Shown: one piece after another, positions 50,590 through 61,892 of the stretch | How the letters are laid out: every line of letters begins with the position of its first letter | How positions within the stretch are numbered: position 1 is the stretch's first letter | NCBI GenBank assembly: GCA_010093815.1 | Contig: ML996581.1 | Reading direction: 5' to 3' (one strand) | Length of the DNA: 64,000 bases | DNA from: Pseudovirgaria hyperparasitica | Taxonomy: Eukaryota | Program-made: the position numbers and the translations under genes | Notes under the pieces: generated by a model | What the model saw: the letters and a program-made list of their open reading frames with translations, nothing else | Database searches by the model: none | What the model was told of the DNA's origin: nothing

Positions 50590-52449
50590 CTACGGACTGC
50601 CAACCTCACCAAATGGCCAGAGGGCCCTTGCCCGCTCTACACTAGCACCCGACTCCTTGATGCTCTCAGTCCATTCATTGAACAACCTCGTATTTTCTTC
50701 TTTTGCAGAAACCCATTTATCAGCAGGAACCCATCCATCCGAGTCTGCCTCCAGAACACGTTTAAGAAACAATTTCAGGTGTTGCGCGGTTTCAAAGTCT
50801 TCATACTGCTTCTTGTGTTCGGCTAGCTCATTTGGCGTTGGTTCGTACGGACAACGACCGGTAAGCCCAAGGGCAGTCCAATGCTGTGAGAGATCAATAA
50901 GTTCTTGTCGCAAAGCGGCAGCGCTATTCTTCCAGGACGCGTCGCAGTATTGGAACGGCCTGAGCAAAGTTTGATCCATGACCCTCGCGTCGTGGAGTTT
51001 TCGCACATAGCCCCGCAGCACAATTTCAAAAGTCTTCCTGCACGTCAAGACGTCCTTCTCTCTTCTTTTTCTTGCCATGTCTTCTGCATTGTCCACTATT
51101 ACTTCTTCCTGAAATATTGTTTGAGATAATTTGCCTTCTGAAGGAATTAAATTTTTCAAAATTGCTATGTCGGCAGTAGCATCCTCGACTAGATCAGGTG
51201 TATCGTTTGCATAGATGAATGTTGGTTCTATACTGGTGGATTGCCAGTCGATAATTGCGGTAACGCATGACGGATCTTTCTCGGAGACGTAGATGTTTCG
51301 CTTGTGGATGTCGGGGTGAAATAATGATGGACCAGCTACATGTTGTATAATGGGGCTCTGAGTCAATTCCTGAATGACTCTGCTGGTAATGTCCAACAGA
51401 CGGCGGTGCTCCTGGACAGAGCCGCGATACGAGAGCTCTGTTCGGTGTTCACCGTTGTTCGGTAAGCGTGAAAATCCAGCGTCGATTAAGCCAGAACAGT
51501 ATGACGCGGCATCGCTCCCTGCAATGTTCAGTGCTTTGCTGGCCTCGTCTCGTGCGTGTGAGAAGAAATGAGCGACTTACAGGGTCCCTGGTTGGGCGCT
51601 CTTTCACCATAAAATCTAGATTCTCCAGCGTTGCAGTCCCAGTACTTTGCACCGCAATGTGGCCCTATGCAGTAGCCTTCCACAAAATCAAACTTCGACT
51701 CTGGATCGATAGGCGCGTTAGCAAAGTACAGACTTCCATATTGCGGAAATTGAAGCTTTGCCATTTCGTTTATCATGAAAGCTACATTCTTAACGCACAA
51801 CATGTGTTGATGTGGAGTCATTGAAGGCCATGCCTTGTGTAGCTGAACTCCGCGAGCTTGCTCCATGATGATATACTCGGTGCCGATGGAGGTGTCATCG
51901 TCGGACCAGTCAAGGACTTTGGGGACAGGTATCTTCGTGGATGATCGTACTAGGAGCCGTCAACTGGGGGAGCCATGACAGCATTTGTTTGCCATACTAT
52001 AAGTCATAGTCGCCACTTCGGAATTTGTGGTCAGTCGTCGTGGATCAGCAATACGATAGGGCACCCGTGCGACAACGCGAGCTCCATTATCCAAGGTCAT
52101 GAGGAAAGCTCTATTAAAGCCTCCCTCTCTCTTCTCATATTGGACTACTTTTGTCGCGCCAGGACATACGTTCACAGCTTTTGCGCAGAGTGCAGCAAAG
52201 TCGAATCTCACGCAACGCGCTTCGCGGTGCAGCTTGTCATTGTTGAGCCAGCGGCCAGAAGTGTAAAGGTAGGGATCAGTCACTAAAGGCTGTATCAGGT
52301 CGTGTCAAGGTTCCAAAGGATGCGCCTTTACGATGGGATTGTTCGTATGCACACGGAGCAGCCGGACGCAAAGCTTTGCTTGCGTTTGCTACTGTCTCAG
52401 CTAGTGTGGGCTTGCTGTCAAGTACAAGCCGTCGTACTTGCCTGAGCAT
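50590..52449 (-). CDS. APH-family phosphotransferase / AIM9-like protein kinase-fold protein
   Basis: Introns 52283-52331, 51950-51997 and 51519-51580 give an unbroken frame. Motifs: YTSGRWL, EGGFNRAF, VARVPY, SEVATM, PVPKVLDW, EYIIME, LFHPDIHKRNIYV, IIDWQ. Confidence 0.85.
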
Positions 52450-52744
52450 GGCAGCATAACAAGTGTAATGAAGAGGAGAGACATAAGTATTGAGGAGTTC
52501 TGTTGTTACTTCAAAGAGAAGAAAGCAAATGTCGGAGTGGCGTTCAGCCACAGCAGCACAGCCTCAACAGCGTGCATCCTCCAGAAGACTGCTGAGTAAT
52601 TACACTCCTCTCACATCTACCCGAATATCTGTCTTGGCACGTTACAGACGAATGGCCATGGTATGTATATAGGAGGAGCGAAAAGAAGACCTCGTCCTCG
52701 GCACTACATATGCGCGAGATGCGTGCTGCTCGTGGAGAAATGCT

Positions 52745-53300
52745 CCAGAGCTTGACGGACGGCTCGCAAAGAGTCTGTGTATAGACGCGCCAGAAGAAAC
52801 CTAAAGCTCATATTACATACTGCAGAGCAAAGACAGACGAGACTCCTCACATGCCGTCTACTGCCCTCGATACCTTGTCTTCGATCTCGTTCTGCAGGTC
52901 GTTATTGCGTTGCACACACTTGGCTAGATACTCTGTCCGGCCAGCCACAAACCGTCGAACGTCGAGCTCGGTCGCACGAACTTCGAGTGTAGGCAATCCG
53001 GCAAATTGGCTTTGAATGTCCGCGATAAATCGTGAAGTAAACATCAGGCGGGTATCCGATTTCACCTGTAGAGGTCTTGAAGTGTTGCTACAAGTTGTTC
53101 TCGAGAGCGCTCTTGGGTGGGTCATCCATCTATCGCATCAACAACAATAAATACAGTTGTGAACTCTGCTTAGACGAGCTGAAGAGTCTGGAGTATCTCT
53201 GCTGATGACGGCCTTGTTTTCTTTGCCGCGTGACGGCTGTAGAGTTCTTTTAAAGGGCTCGCGCTTTCTGCGCGGCTTTGTACAAGCTGCTTTATGATAG
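52745..53300 (-). pseudogene. NACHT NTPase (fungal NLR-type) gene fragment
   Basis: Reads AIIKQLVQ..KTRPS..V*AEFTTVFIVVDAIDG*P (Walker B region; stops at 53170-72 and 53122-24). After a frameshift it continues RLMFTSR..LEVRA..DVRRFV..AVDGM, then intron 52801-52850, then FLLARLYTDSL. Confidence 0.8.
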
Positions 53301-53496
53301 CTAACTCCTGTTCCATTATATCTATAAAAGAATAGATTTCATGTTATAGTAAAGATGTTCCTCCTACTCTAGTTCAGCATAGTGCCATGATGTATGAAAC
53401 GATAAGACACATTAGCTCGCACTCTTCAGGGGAATGACGGTGAACAAAACTCTTTGGACTGATCTCTAATGTTGACAAGAACTCATAACCCTAGTA

Positions 53497-54250
53497 TCAG
53501 CCACTCCTTCCCTTACTTTCACCAAACCGTCTTGCTCTCGACGCTGCCCATTCTGCCCGCTCAGACCTTGCTTCCGTTAGCTTGTCAACAAAATAAGCCG
53601 AGATTTTCATTTCAAAGAGCCGGTCCTTTAGACCTTTGAGAAAGAACGTATCACCTGTACCAGGACTAACGGCATATAGTGTATTCGGATTAGGTGTGTG
53701 CGTTTTGGCCCCTCTGCTTACGAGGAGGTGGTGTATTTTGACATACCCCATCACATCTGCGATGTGATAAGGGGTGAAGCCATTAATCAGCTTGGCTTCG
53801 ACATTCGCTCCACTCTCTAGCAGCACTCACACAACTTCGTATTCGTTCTGAAAAACTGCAATGTGGAGTGCTGTAGCTCCGTCATGAGTCCGCAAATCAA
53901 CCTCAGCGTCATGCTGTATGAGAGTGTAAGCAGCTTCAAGACTGCCACAGTCGGCTGCGAGCATCAGCGCAGTTCTGCCGAAGAAGTCTCTCTGTTTAAC
54001 ATCCATCCCTTTTCTCACAACATCGCTCAGTCTTGCGACGTGAACCGTGAACTGCTGCCCATTGAAGGAGACCTCTATGTTGGAAGTCCGTTGCGTTTGG
54101 ATCAGCACCATGCTCAATCAACATGTCGACTATACCGAAGTTTCCTGCCTGTGCAGCGCGGAAAATTGGCGAATAGCGCTCTGTCTCGAACTTGCATCCG
54201 GCATTCTTCTCCAGTAACAACTTGACAACCCAAGGCCCTTTTGGTTTCAA
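53497..54250 (-). pseudogene. Ankyrin-repeat gene relic
   Basis: Ankyrin units SPIFRAAQAGNFGIVDMLIEHGADPN, GRTALMLAA..LIQHDAEVD, GATALHIAV..VV*VLLESGANVE and GFTPYHIA. There is a frameshift near 54030 and an in-frame TGA at 53827-53829. Confidence 0.8.
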
Positions 54251-54367
54251 GCGCATAGAACTAGACGGGCTGAACACAACGTCCTCAAGACCATGTTTAG
54301 TTTCTGACCTGCCCACCCAACGTCGTTCGTTGAACAGTGTTTTATGTCCTGCGGTGCGACTGCCTAT

Positions 54368-55533
54368 TCACAGACCCTCGATTCGATTTTTCAGTGCGAT
54401 TACAAGCTCCGAAGAGTCGAGGATCTCGCCATCTAGGGATTCGATGCAAACATCTTTAACCCTGAGCTCGCTCAGGCCCTGTATGCACGGATCGGAAAGG
54501 AAGTCTGCAATGTCTCTGTTGTCGAGGATCTCCGCTTCCATCCGGAGGACCAAGTGCTTCAACCGCTTGCATGCTTTCAGCAACATTATACAATTAGACG
54601 TATGTATGAATGGAAGCCGTAAATGGTGTACTTCGGCGGATTCAGGCTGGTCCTTCCACAAAGCAGCCAACGAGATGCGGGATTCCAACGGGAAAGATAA
54701 GGACTCGACGTTATCCCGGCCAATGTCGCCAATAGCCGTCAAAAACATCACTAGGTCGTCCATATCCTCGACGTGAAACGTTGTTTTGCGATACACATGA
54801 GGTAATACTTCGCGACGTAGAGACTTGTTGACTCTCAATAGGGCCATGTCACTCCACATTGGAAAGAAGAATCCACTAGGATCAGCGATGCCTCTGGTGA
54901 ACGTCCCCTTAATGTCATCCGTACAGTTGGTTACCGTTCGAGACTCGGGGTCATCACAAACGAAACCGTATATAATGTCTCTAATCTCAGTGGGGAGTTT
55001 ACAGAGTGTCGGTGGCGGATTGTCAGACCCCGGACGCGTCATCTAGGTAAAAAAGGCTCAGTACTGACCAAAACGATGAAGAGAGAAACCGCACCTGAGC
55101 AACTCTGCGCATCTCGTCTACCTCGCTTTGAGAGCAAAGTAGTCTAATGTTCATGCCAAATGTGAAAAGAATATTTACTTCGTACCGGTAGTATCCCAAG
55201 GAGTCGAAAGGGGCTACCTCTATGGCATGCGAACCAGCCATAGTAAGCTAAATTTTGTCAGCCGAGTACTGGCAATGCCTGATCATTGCTGACTTCTGTT
55301 TGGGGTTCCTTCACTCCATTGCATTCTGTAGAAACTATGGATGGCGTTGCGTGATGAGAAATGTACAAGTGCTCTTCGTACTCTCGATTGATTCTATCAG
55401 ATCCATCATCAAATTGCATAAGATCAGAATAAAACCTCTCGTTGGCAAAGCTCGGCTTGCTAAACGAGGCTGAACTGTATCCAAGCGCACCCTCCATTAC
55501 TTCAGGCTTCGGGAAGCCTTGTCTCTTCGCCAT
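54368..55533 (-). CDS. Hypothetical protein with an F-box-like LxxLPxEIRxxIY motif; multi-exon, 5' exons tentative
   Basis: Terminal exon 54368-55042 (LCKLPTEIRDIIYGFV..LLRVNKSLRREV) is preceded by a pyrimidine tract and TAG acceptor. Plausible upstream exons start at ATG 55533. Confidence 0.6.
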
Positions 55534-55825
55534 TATAAAATATGTATACAGCGAGACTGACGTCGGAAAACAAACCAATATTCTAGAGAAATGGCCAAAG
55601 ATGAGATATAAATAGTTGATCATAACATGATGGAGACACATGTACTCATAAAAATTGGAACAATGTTTCAGTGATTCAATCTTGGCATCAAGTAGTTAGC
55701 GTCGTCGGATAAGCCAGGACCCGCCAATCAAATTGGGTGATCTGTGTGAGACCACAAAATTGTTTGCATAAGTAACAAAGGCATACCTCACAACTCTATG
55801 TTCATTGTCCTCTCTGAAAGTGTCC

Positions 55826-57025
55826 ATGGACAAACATAGTTCCTTCTTTGCTCGTGCAAAAGACCAAGGACTCGTATGGGATGGAATCGCTTTCGCCCCT
55901 ATTGCTGGACTCGGTAACGGTGTCAAAGCAACCCGGCCACTGAAGGTAACTTGCCTATCATCATGCAGTTGCTCATGTATTCTTGTACCGGGGACTTGCT
56001 GAATTGATTTTTATCAGACTGGAGATGTGGTATTAACGGTCCCGGCGTCGACCTTCCGTACACTTTCAACATTATCACCTCGAGTAGTCGAAGCTCTCCC
56101 CGATCATATGTCACTGCACGGCCGTCTAGCTGCCGATCTCTCCCTCGACAATACCCCTGAATTCGCACAATGGAGTGCCTTGTTTCCCAGTATATCCGAC
56201 CTTGAAACAGCCCTTCCCTTCTTCTGGCCCAAAGCCATTCAGGAGCTGCTCCCAGCACCAGCCAAGGCCTCCTTGGAAGCGCAGACAAAGCGCCTCAACA
56301 GAGACAAAACACAAGTCGTTCGTGAGCTGCCGGATATACCACCGTCTACCTTCACGTACTACTGGATGGTAGTCAACTCCCGCTCCTTCTACCTCCCCAC
56401 GCCCGAGATGCAAGCCCTGGACTTCATAGACCGCCTTGTGCTCATGCCAGTTGCCGACCTGTTCAACCACGCCGATGCCGGCTGCCGCACGACCTTTTCG
56501 CCCGATGGCTACCAGTTCGCCGCTGATCGGGATTACGCCGAGGGCGAGGAAGTCAAGATTTGCTATGGAGACCACACGAACGATTTTCTCTTGGTCGAGT
56601 ACGGCTTTGTGCAACGGTTCAGTCGGTGGGATAAGGTGTTTCTAGACGACGTCATCCTACCGAAGCTTGATGTACACCGCAAGACGGTATTGAACCGCCG
56701 GAAGCTGCTTGGTAGTTACGAGATCGGACCAGAGATGCTTGGGTGCCCCCGGACACAAGCGGTGCTGCGACTATTGTTCTGTGGGAGAGGACAATGGGAG
56801 AAATTCGTAAGGGGAAACAGCGATGGTAAGGAGAGCCAGGCCGACGCTAATGCGTTGCTGGAGACTCTTTTGGCCGAGTATGAGGAGCTTGTGAATCAGC
56901 GTATCGAAACGATCGCAGGGGTTCATGATGGCTTAGAGGCTCAAAGACGTGTTCTCATGGATAGATGGAAACAGATCGAATTGGTTGTGTCACTCACTAG
57001 AGAAGCGCTAAGGGCGAAGATATAG
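55826..57025 (+). CDS. SET-domain protein lysine methyltransferase (Rkm2/SETD4-like)
   Basis: GLGNGVKATRPLK, intron 55946-56017, TGDVVLTVP, VNSRSF, PVADLFNH, ICYGDHTNDFLLVEYGF. Confidence 0.88.
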
Positions 57026-57225
57026 CCCATGTATACTCAACCTGCCCTTGCATTCATCAGGATTTGGAAGACCCTACTCGTACTTAACTGCTCATGACCG
57101 TTAGCGTATTACTGTCACAGATGGTAATACTGCGATCCTCCAGCAAAGTATTCATTTTGGACAACCACGCCTCCAACGCCACGCCATAAGAACATCACAT
57201 TTATTTTAATCTATACGCCCAATCC

Positions 57226-59870
57226 TCATACCACCCCAGTTTTCCCAACCAGAATCCCAGTTGGCTCCGCGTCCCGACCTCCCAGCTTCACCGTCACGGC
57301 GCTCTGCAACCCTATGGTTTCGAAGTTGATGGAATGTCCGTTGATCATATAAGGCGCATTCTGCTCGCCAGCGTCAGCAGGAGGAGCGCCCGTTGGCGAG
57401 GGGGCTTTCTCGCTTGTCGCAGGCGACATGACCGAGGGCTTGGATTCCATGGCGGGCTCCTTGACTGCTGAGGGAGTCTCTTTGGCAGACTCCACCATGA
57501 TTGAAGAGGGTGTTTCCAGTGCCATGGATGGGCTCTTGACAGAGGACTCGACGACTGCTGAAGGTGTATAGACAGCCGAGTCCGCTGGGGTAGACAGCGT
57601 ATGCATCATCATAGGTATACTGGACTTCATCATGGTCTCGTGAACCATCGGTGGCACAAGAGAAGACCCGACAGACACCACCGGCATAGAAGAATTTACA
57701 AACATATACGGTGCCGACGAAGGCGGACTATGCACAGTGAGCAGCGTCGAAGCTGGTGGCGGGGGCAGCATTTGCGAATAGTGGCTCGCGATGACAGGGG
57801 GTACGGGCGCTGGGTATGCGAATTGGCCGGGTGGACACATGCACTTGCAGTCACAAGAGTTGTGCATTGCTTGGGTTGGGACAGGGACTGGAGCGTATGC
57901 GACGGTGGATTCGGCGTTCACGATTGCGGCGGAGGAAGGAGCGAGTTCGAAGGATAATGGGGGACCGGACTGAAGATTCTGTGATTGTTAGTGTGATTTT
58001 GATTGAGTATTTTCGATTGAGGATGTGCACTTACTGCCGTGGCTTCGGGTGCGCCGGCCTCAGTGACAGTCACGACGTGAGTGATTGACTGGGTTGAGAC
58101 GTAAGGGGAGCCCTCTTGCGTGACAGTCACTTGCAGTTCCTCAACGGAGGTTACCAAGACCTAAAAGTGTCAGAGAGCGGGTTTTCGTAGGTACGTTCAT
58201 GCCTACAGTGTGTTCCATCACAATGGTTTGTTGGACAGTGTGCTCCATCAGTTGTGTGGAGACAAGTTGCTCAGTCTGAACAACTTCAATGGTCTCAGTG
58301 GCCTGGTCTTCCACTGTAACGGTATGTTGCTGAACCTCCGTCTGGATAACTTTGACAATTTCCGTGGCTTGGTCCTCGACCGTGACAGTCTGTTGTTGAA
58401 GATCAGTCACAATTTGCTGTTGAACCTCGGTCTGAACGAGAGTATGTTGCTGCACATCTGTAACTTTGATAGTCTGCTGTTGAACCTCAGTCTGTACTAC
58501 ATGCACTATCTCTGTCGCTTGGTCCTCAACGGTGATTGTATGTTGCTGGACTTCAGTTTGCACGACCTGGATGGTCTCGGTCGCTTGATCTTCGACCGTA
58601 ATGGTATGCTGCTGTAGTTCAGTTTGTACAATCACTTCAGTCGCTTGGTCCTCGACGGTAATGGTTTGCTGCTGGATATCGGTGACCGTCTGCTGTTGAA
58701 TTGAGATCTCAGTCTGAATGACATGGACTGTCTGCTGTTCAACATCCGTAACCTCAACTGTTTGCTGCTGCACTTCGGTCTGTACAACATGGATAGTCTC
58801 CTGCTGAAGCTCTGTTTCGACGGCGGTCACGGTCTGCTGTTGAACCTCGGTGGCCACGATGGTCTCTTGCTGAGTTTTGACATCGGTCTGAATTTGAACT
58901 TCTACCTGCAGCTCAGTTGAGACTTGGAGCTCGGTCTGGACGTGTACTTCTGTCTTGACATCGGTTTCAACGGAGAGCTGAATCTCTGTCTGTTTTTGAA
59001 TTTCAGTCTTGACCTCAGTTTGCTTCTGAACTTCGGTCTGGACCTCGGTCTGGACTTGCAACTCGGTTTGCACCTGTGTCTGCACTTGCAGCTCAGTCTG
59101 AACAATCGTCTTCTCGATGAATTCAGGAACCTTCTCCGTTTGCACGTGGATTTTAGTCTCCAGGATAGTTTCAGGGATGATCTCAGTTTTATGGATAATC
59201 TGAGGGGGCGCGGTTTCCACAACTGTCTGGTGCATGACTTCGGTCTGGACGATGGTTTGCGGGACGACCTGGGTTTCCACCACGTGTTGGACTTGAGTCT
59301 CGACTACGTGCATTACTTCAGTCTGTACGATGGTTTCCGGCACTAGCTGCGTCTCGACGATGTGTTGGATCTGAGTTTCGACGACATGTTGCAGTTCGGT
59401 TTGGACGATGGTCTCTGGGACCATTTGTGTCTCGACCATGTGTTGCACTTGTGTCTCAACCATATGCTGGACTTTTGTCTCAACTACATGTTGGATCTCG
59501 GTCTGAATGACGGTCTCGTGTATCGTCTCTGGAGGAGATTGCTCAGTGACGGTATCATGCACTACCTCGGTGACATAGTAATAGACAGGGGGAGGCGGCG
59601 GTGGTGGAGGGTGGTAATATTCCTGTGATGGTTAGTGGAATCCAATTTGTCTCCAAGATTAGATCAACACACTGCCTATTGTTAGTGAAAGAGCACAATG
59701 TATAGTCAATTACAAGACGCGTACCAGGTGGAGATGCATAGTCATCAGTAGGTGCAGCAAGAGTCTGTCAAGCTGTTAGTATGGTCCCCTACGTGAGAAG
59801 CACTGCGTGTACAGACCAATGGAAGAGCAATGAGAAGCGCAACGGCGCCGCTTGGGAGTATAGACTTCAT
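57226..59870 (-). CDS. Putative secreted or cell-surface Gln/Thr/Val/Glu-repeat protein
   Basis: Signal-peptide-like MKSILPSGAVALLIALPLTLAAP. Introns 59765-59816, complex intron 59623-59725, 58161-58206 and 57970-58034. About 470 aa of VQTEVQQQT / VVETQ repeats, then a CDCKCMCPPG motif and a Ser/Pro/Met-rich tail. Confidence 0.8.
58207..59560 (-). repeat. Intragenic degenerate tandem repeats encoding QHVVETQ, QTEVQ and TVEDQATE units
   Basis: Repeated peptide units are visible in the 58141-59562 ORF translation, e.g. TVEDQATE occurs five times. Confidence 0.9.
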
Positions 59871-60809
59871 TATGGCTAAGAATTTTCGAGACGGCAACGA
59901 ATAGAAGAAACAGTTAAATTAATATATCAGACCAGCTGCAAATGAATGAAAGCGAAGGTCGGCTGGCCGAATATTAGATTGCTTTGATGGTAAAGCTCAA
60001 AGGTCAAAGGAAAGCAAAGAACGAGCGAGAGGCATGTGAGATGCAAACCCAAACACTATAGGAGTGTAGCGGAGTACCAGACGATAAATACAAGACTGTA
60101 GGCGAAGATGTGCAGGCTTCAAGGGCAAAGTAGCCCCAGTCTCAGCCATCTCGGTGAGTGATTACAGAGGATTGTTTGCCGTGTATACGCGGGCCATGGT
60201 CATAATGGCAAAAGGTACAAATTCATGGGAGATCATGAGAGACACATGTCGCATTACTCTGGCACCTATACAATCTTAGCGACGTGCGACATAGACACGG
60301 TCTCAGACAGGTCTGATCTGGGGCCTCGCTGGTGTTGTGAGACGGCCAAGGTGTGAATAGCAAGGCCTTGTTACAGGACGCGTTTCGGCTGATGCCCACC
60401 CGAACGATGGCTTGGAGTCTTTTTGGATTGGCCCCTTCAGCTTTGCCAGGACGAAATAAGATGCATATTCCTAATATTCGCGACTGTTATGATGTCTCTA
60501 ATGTGTTGACGTCGGAAATCCAACATTAGTGGCCATCCACGTGTTGGCATTGGATAGGGAGCGATACAGCCGATTGCTAGCGACCATCGGGGCCGTTTCC
60601 ACGATCGATGTCGTCATGATGGCGCCGTCATCGTTCCTACAACTCATCGGCCTTTGCGGGCGCAGAACTCACCGCAGTGACCTCACGACTTTCGCTGATA
60701 CACTTGTAAAGATACTATTTGAAGCCCGTAGAGCAGCTCCCCTGTCTTCAAACGCGCATTTTCAAAGACCTGACTGTAAGGCACAATAATTCTTAATCTG
60801 GTAATCAAC

Positions 60810-61892
60810 ATGGCGACCCCTGTCCACGTCCTCGATGACTACTATCTGGCCATCACACTTCTCATCACCGTCGCATACCAACTCATTGGCTTCTCCATTG
60901 CATTTAGCCTCAAATTCGACAAGCTCACTGATTTCATGGGCGGGACGAATTTCGTCATCCTCGCAATCATCACCCTTGCCTTTAGCGGCGTCCACCACGC
61001 GCGCAACATAGTATGCTCGCTCTTCATCATGCTCTGGGGCGCGCGCCTCTCCGGCTTTCTACTCTTCCGCATTCTCAAGACGGGCAAAGACGACCGTTTC
61101 GATGATAAGCGCGACAAATTCTTCCCGTTTCTCGGCTTCTGGATCTTCCAAATGTTGTGGGTGTGGACGGTCAGCCTGCCCGTGACGATTTTGAATTCGC
61201 CAAAGGTTACGCAGTACGCACAACCCGACTTTGGCACGGGGAGGGATATTGCGGGTGTGGTGTTTTGGGCCGTGGGCATGCTGTTGGAGAATACGGCGGA
61301 TGTGCAGAAGTATCGGTTCCGGAGTAAGCACCAGGGTGATGGGTCGGTGTGCGATGTTGGCGTGTTCAGCTGGTCGAGACATCCAAATTACTTCGGCGAG
61401 ATGCTGATTCAGTTTGGTATGTCGAATCTCATGGGAACTCCATGTTTGCTTTACTGACCATCCGTAGGTATTTTCATGATCGCCGTATCGCCCGCAGCGA
61501 TCGGCTACGTGCATGGCGGCGCCTACAAAGCCCTCTACGCGTCCATTCTCGGTCCATTTTTCTTGACCCTTCTACTCATGTTTGTATCCGGCCTAACACT
61601 CCAAGAGCGTCCTGGAGCCAAGAAGCGATACGAGAAAGGCAACAACTGGGAGGCCTATGCACGATGGCTTCACCGAACCAGCATTCTGATTCCTTTTCCG
61701 CCGCAATTTTACGCACCAATGCCCGTCTTTCTGAAGCGCACCATTTTCCTCGAATTTCCAATTTATGTTTTTGATCCCGCCAAACATGCCGACTCGAGCA
61801 AGACACAGTCAAACGCGGAAAATGGCAGTGTGCGGCAGAATGATAATGCTGATGGGGCGAGGCCGAGTGATGAGCGAGGTCTCCGAGCTTGA
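60810..61892 (+). CDS. DUF1295 family (steroid 5-alpha-reductase-like) membrane protein
   Basis: DKLTDFMGGTNF, WGARLSGFLLFR..DDRFD, ADVQKYRF, WSRHPNYFGE. Intron 61417-61467 splices in frame. Confidence 0.9.

Noticed and set aside
50190..57050. Intact Starship or other autonomous transposon
   Set aside because: No tyrosine recombinase, transposase, reverse transcriptase, TIRs/LTRs or target-site duplication was recognised. Kept only as a possible remnant.
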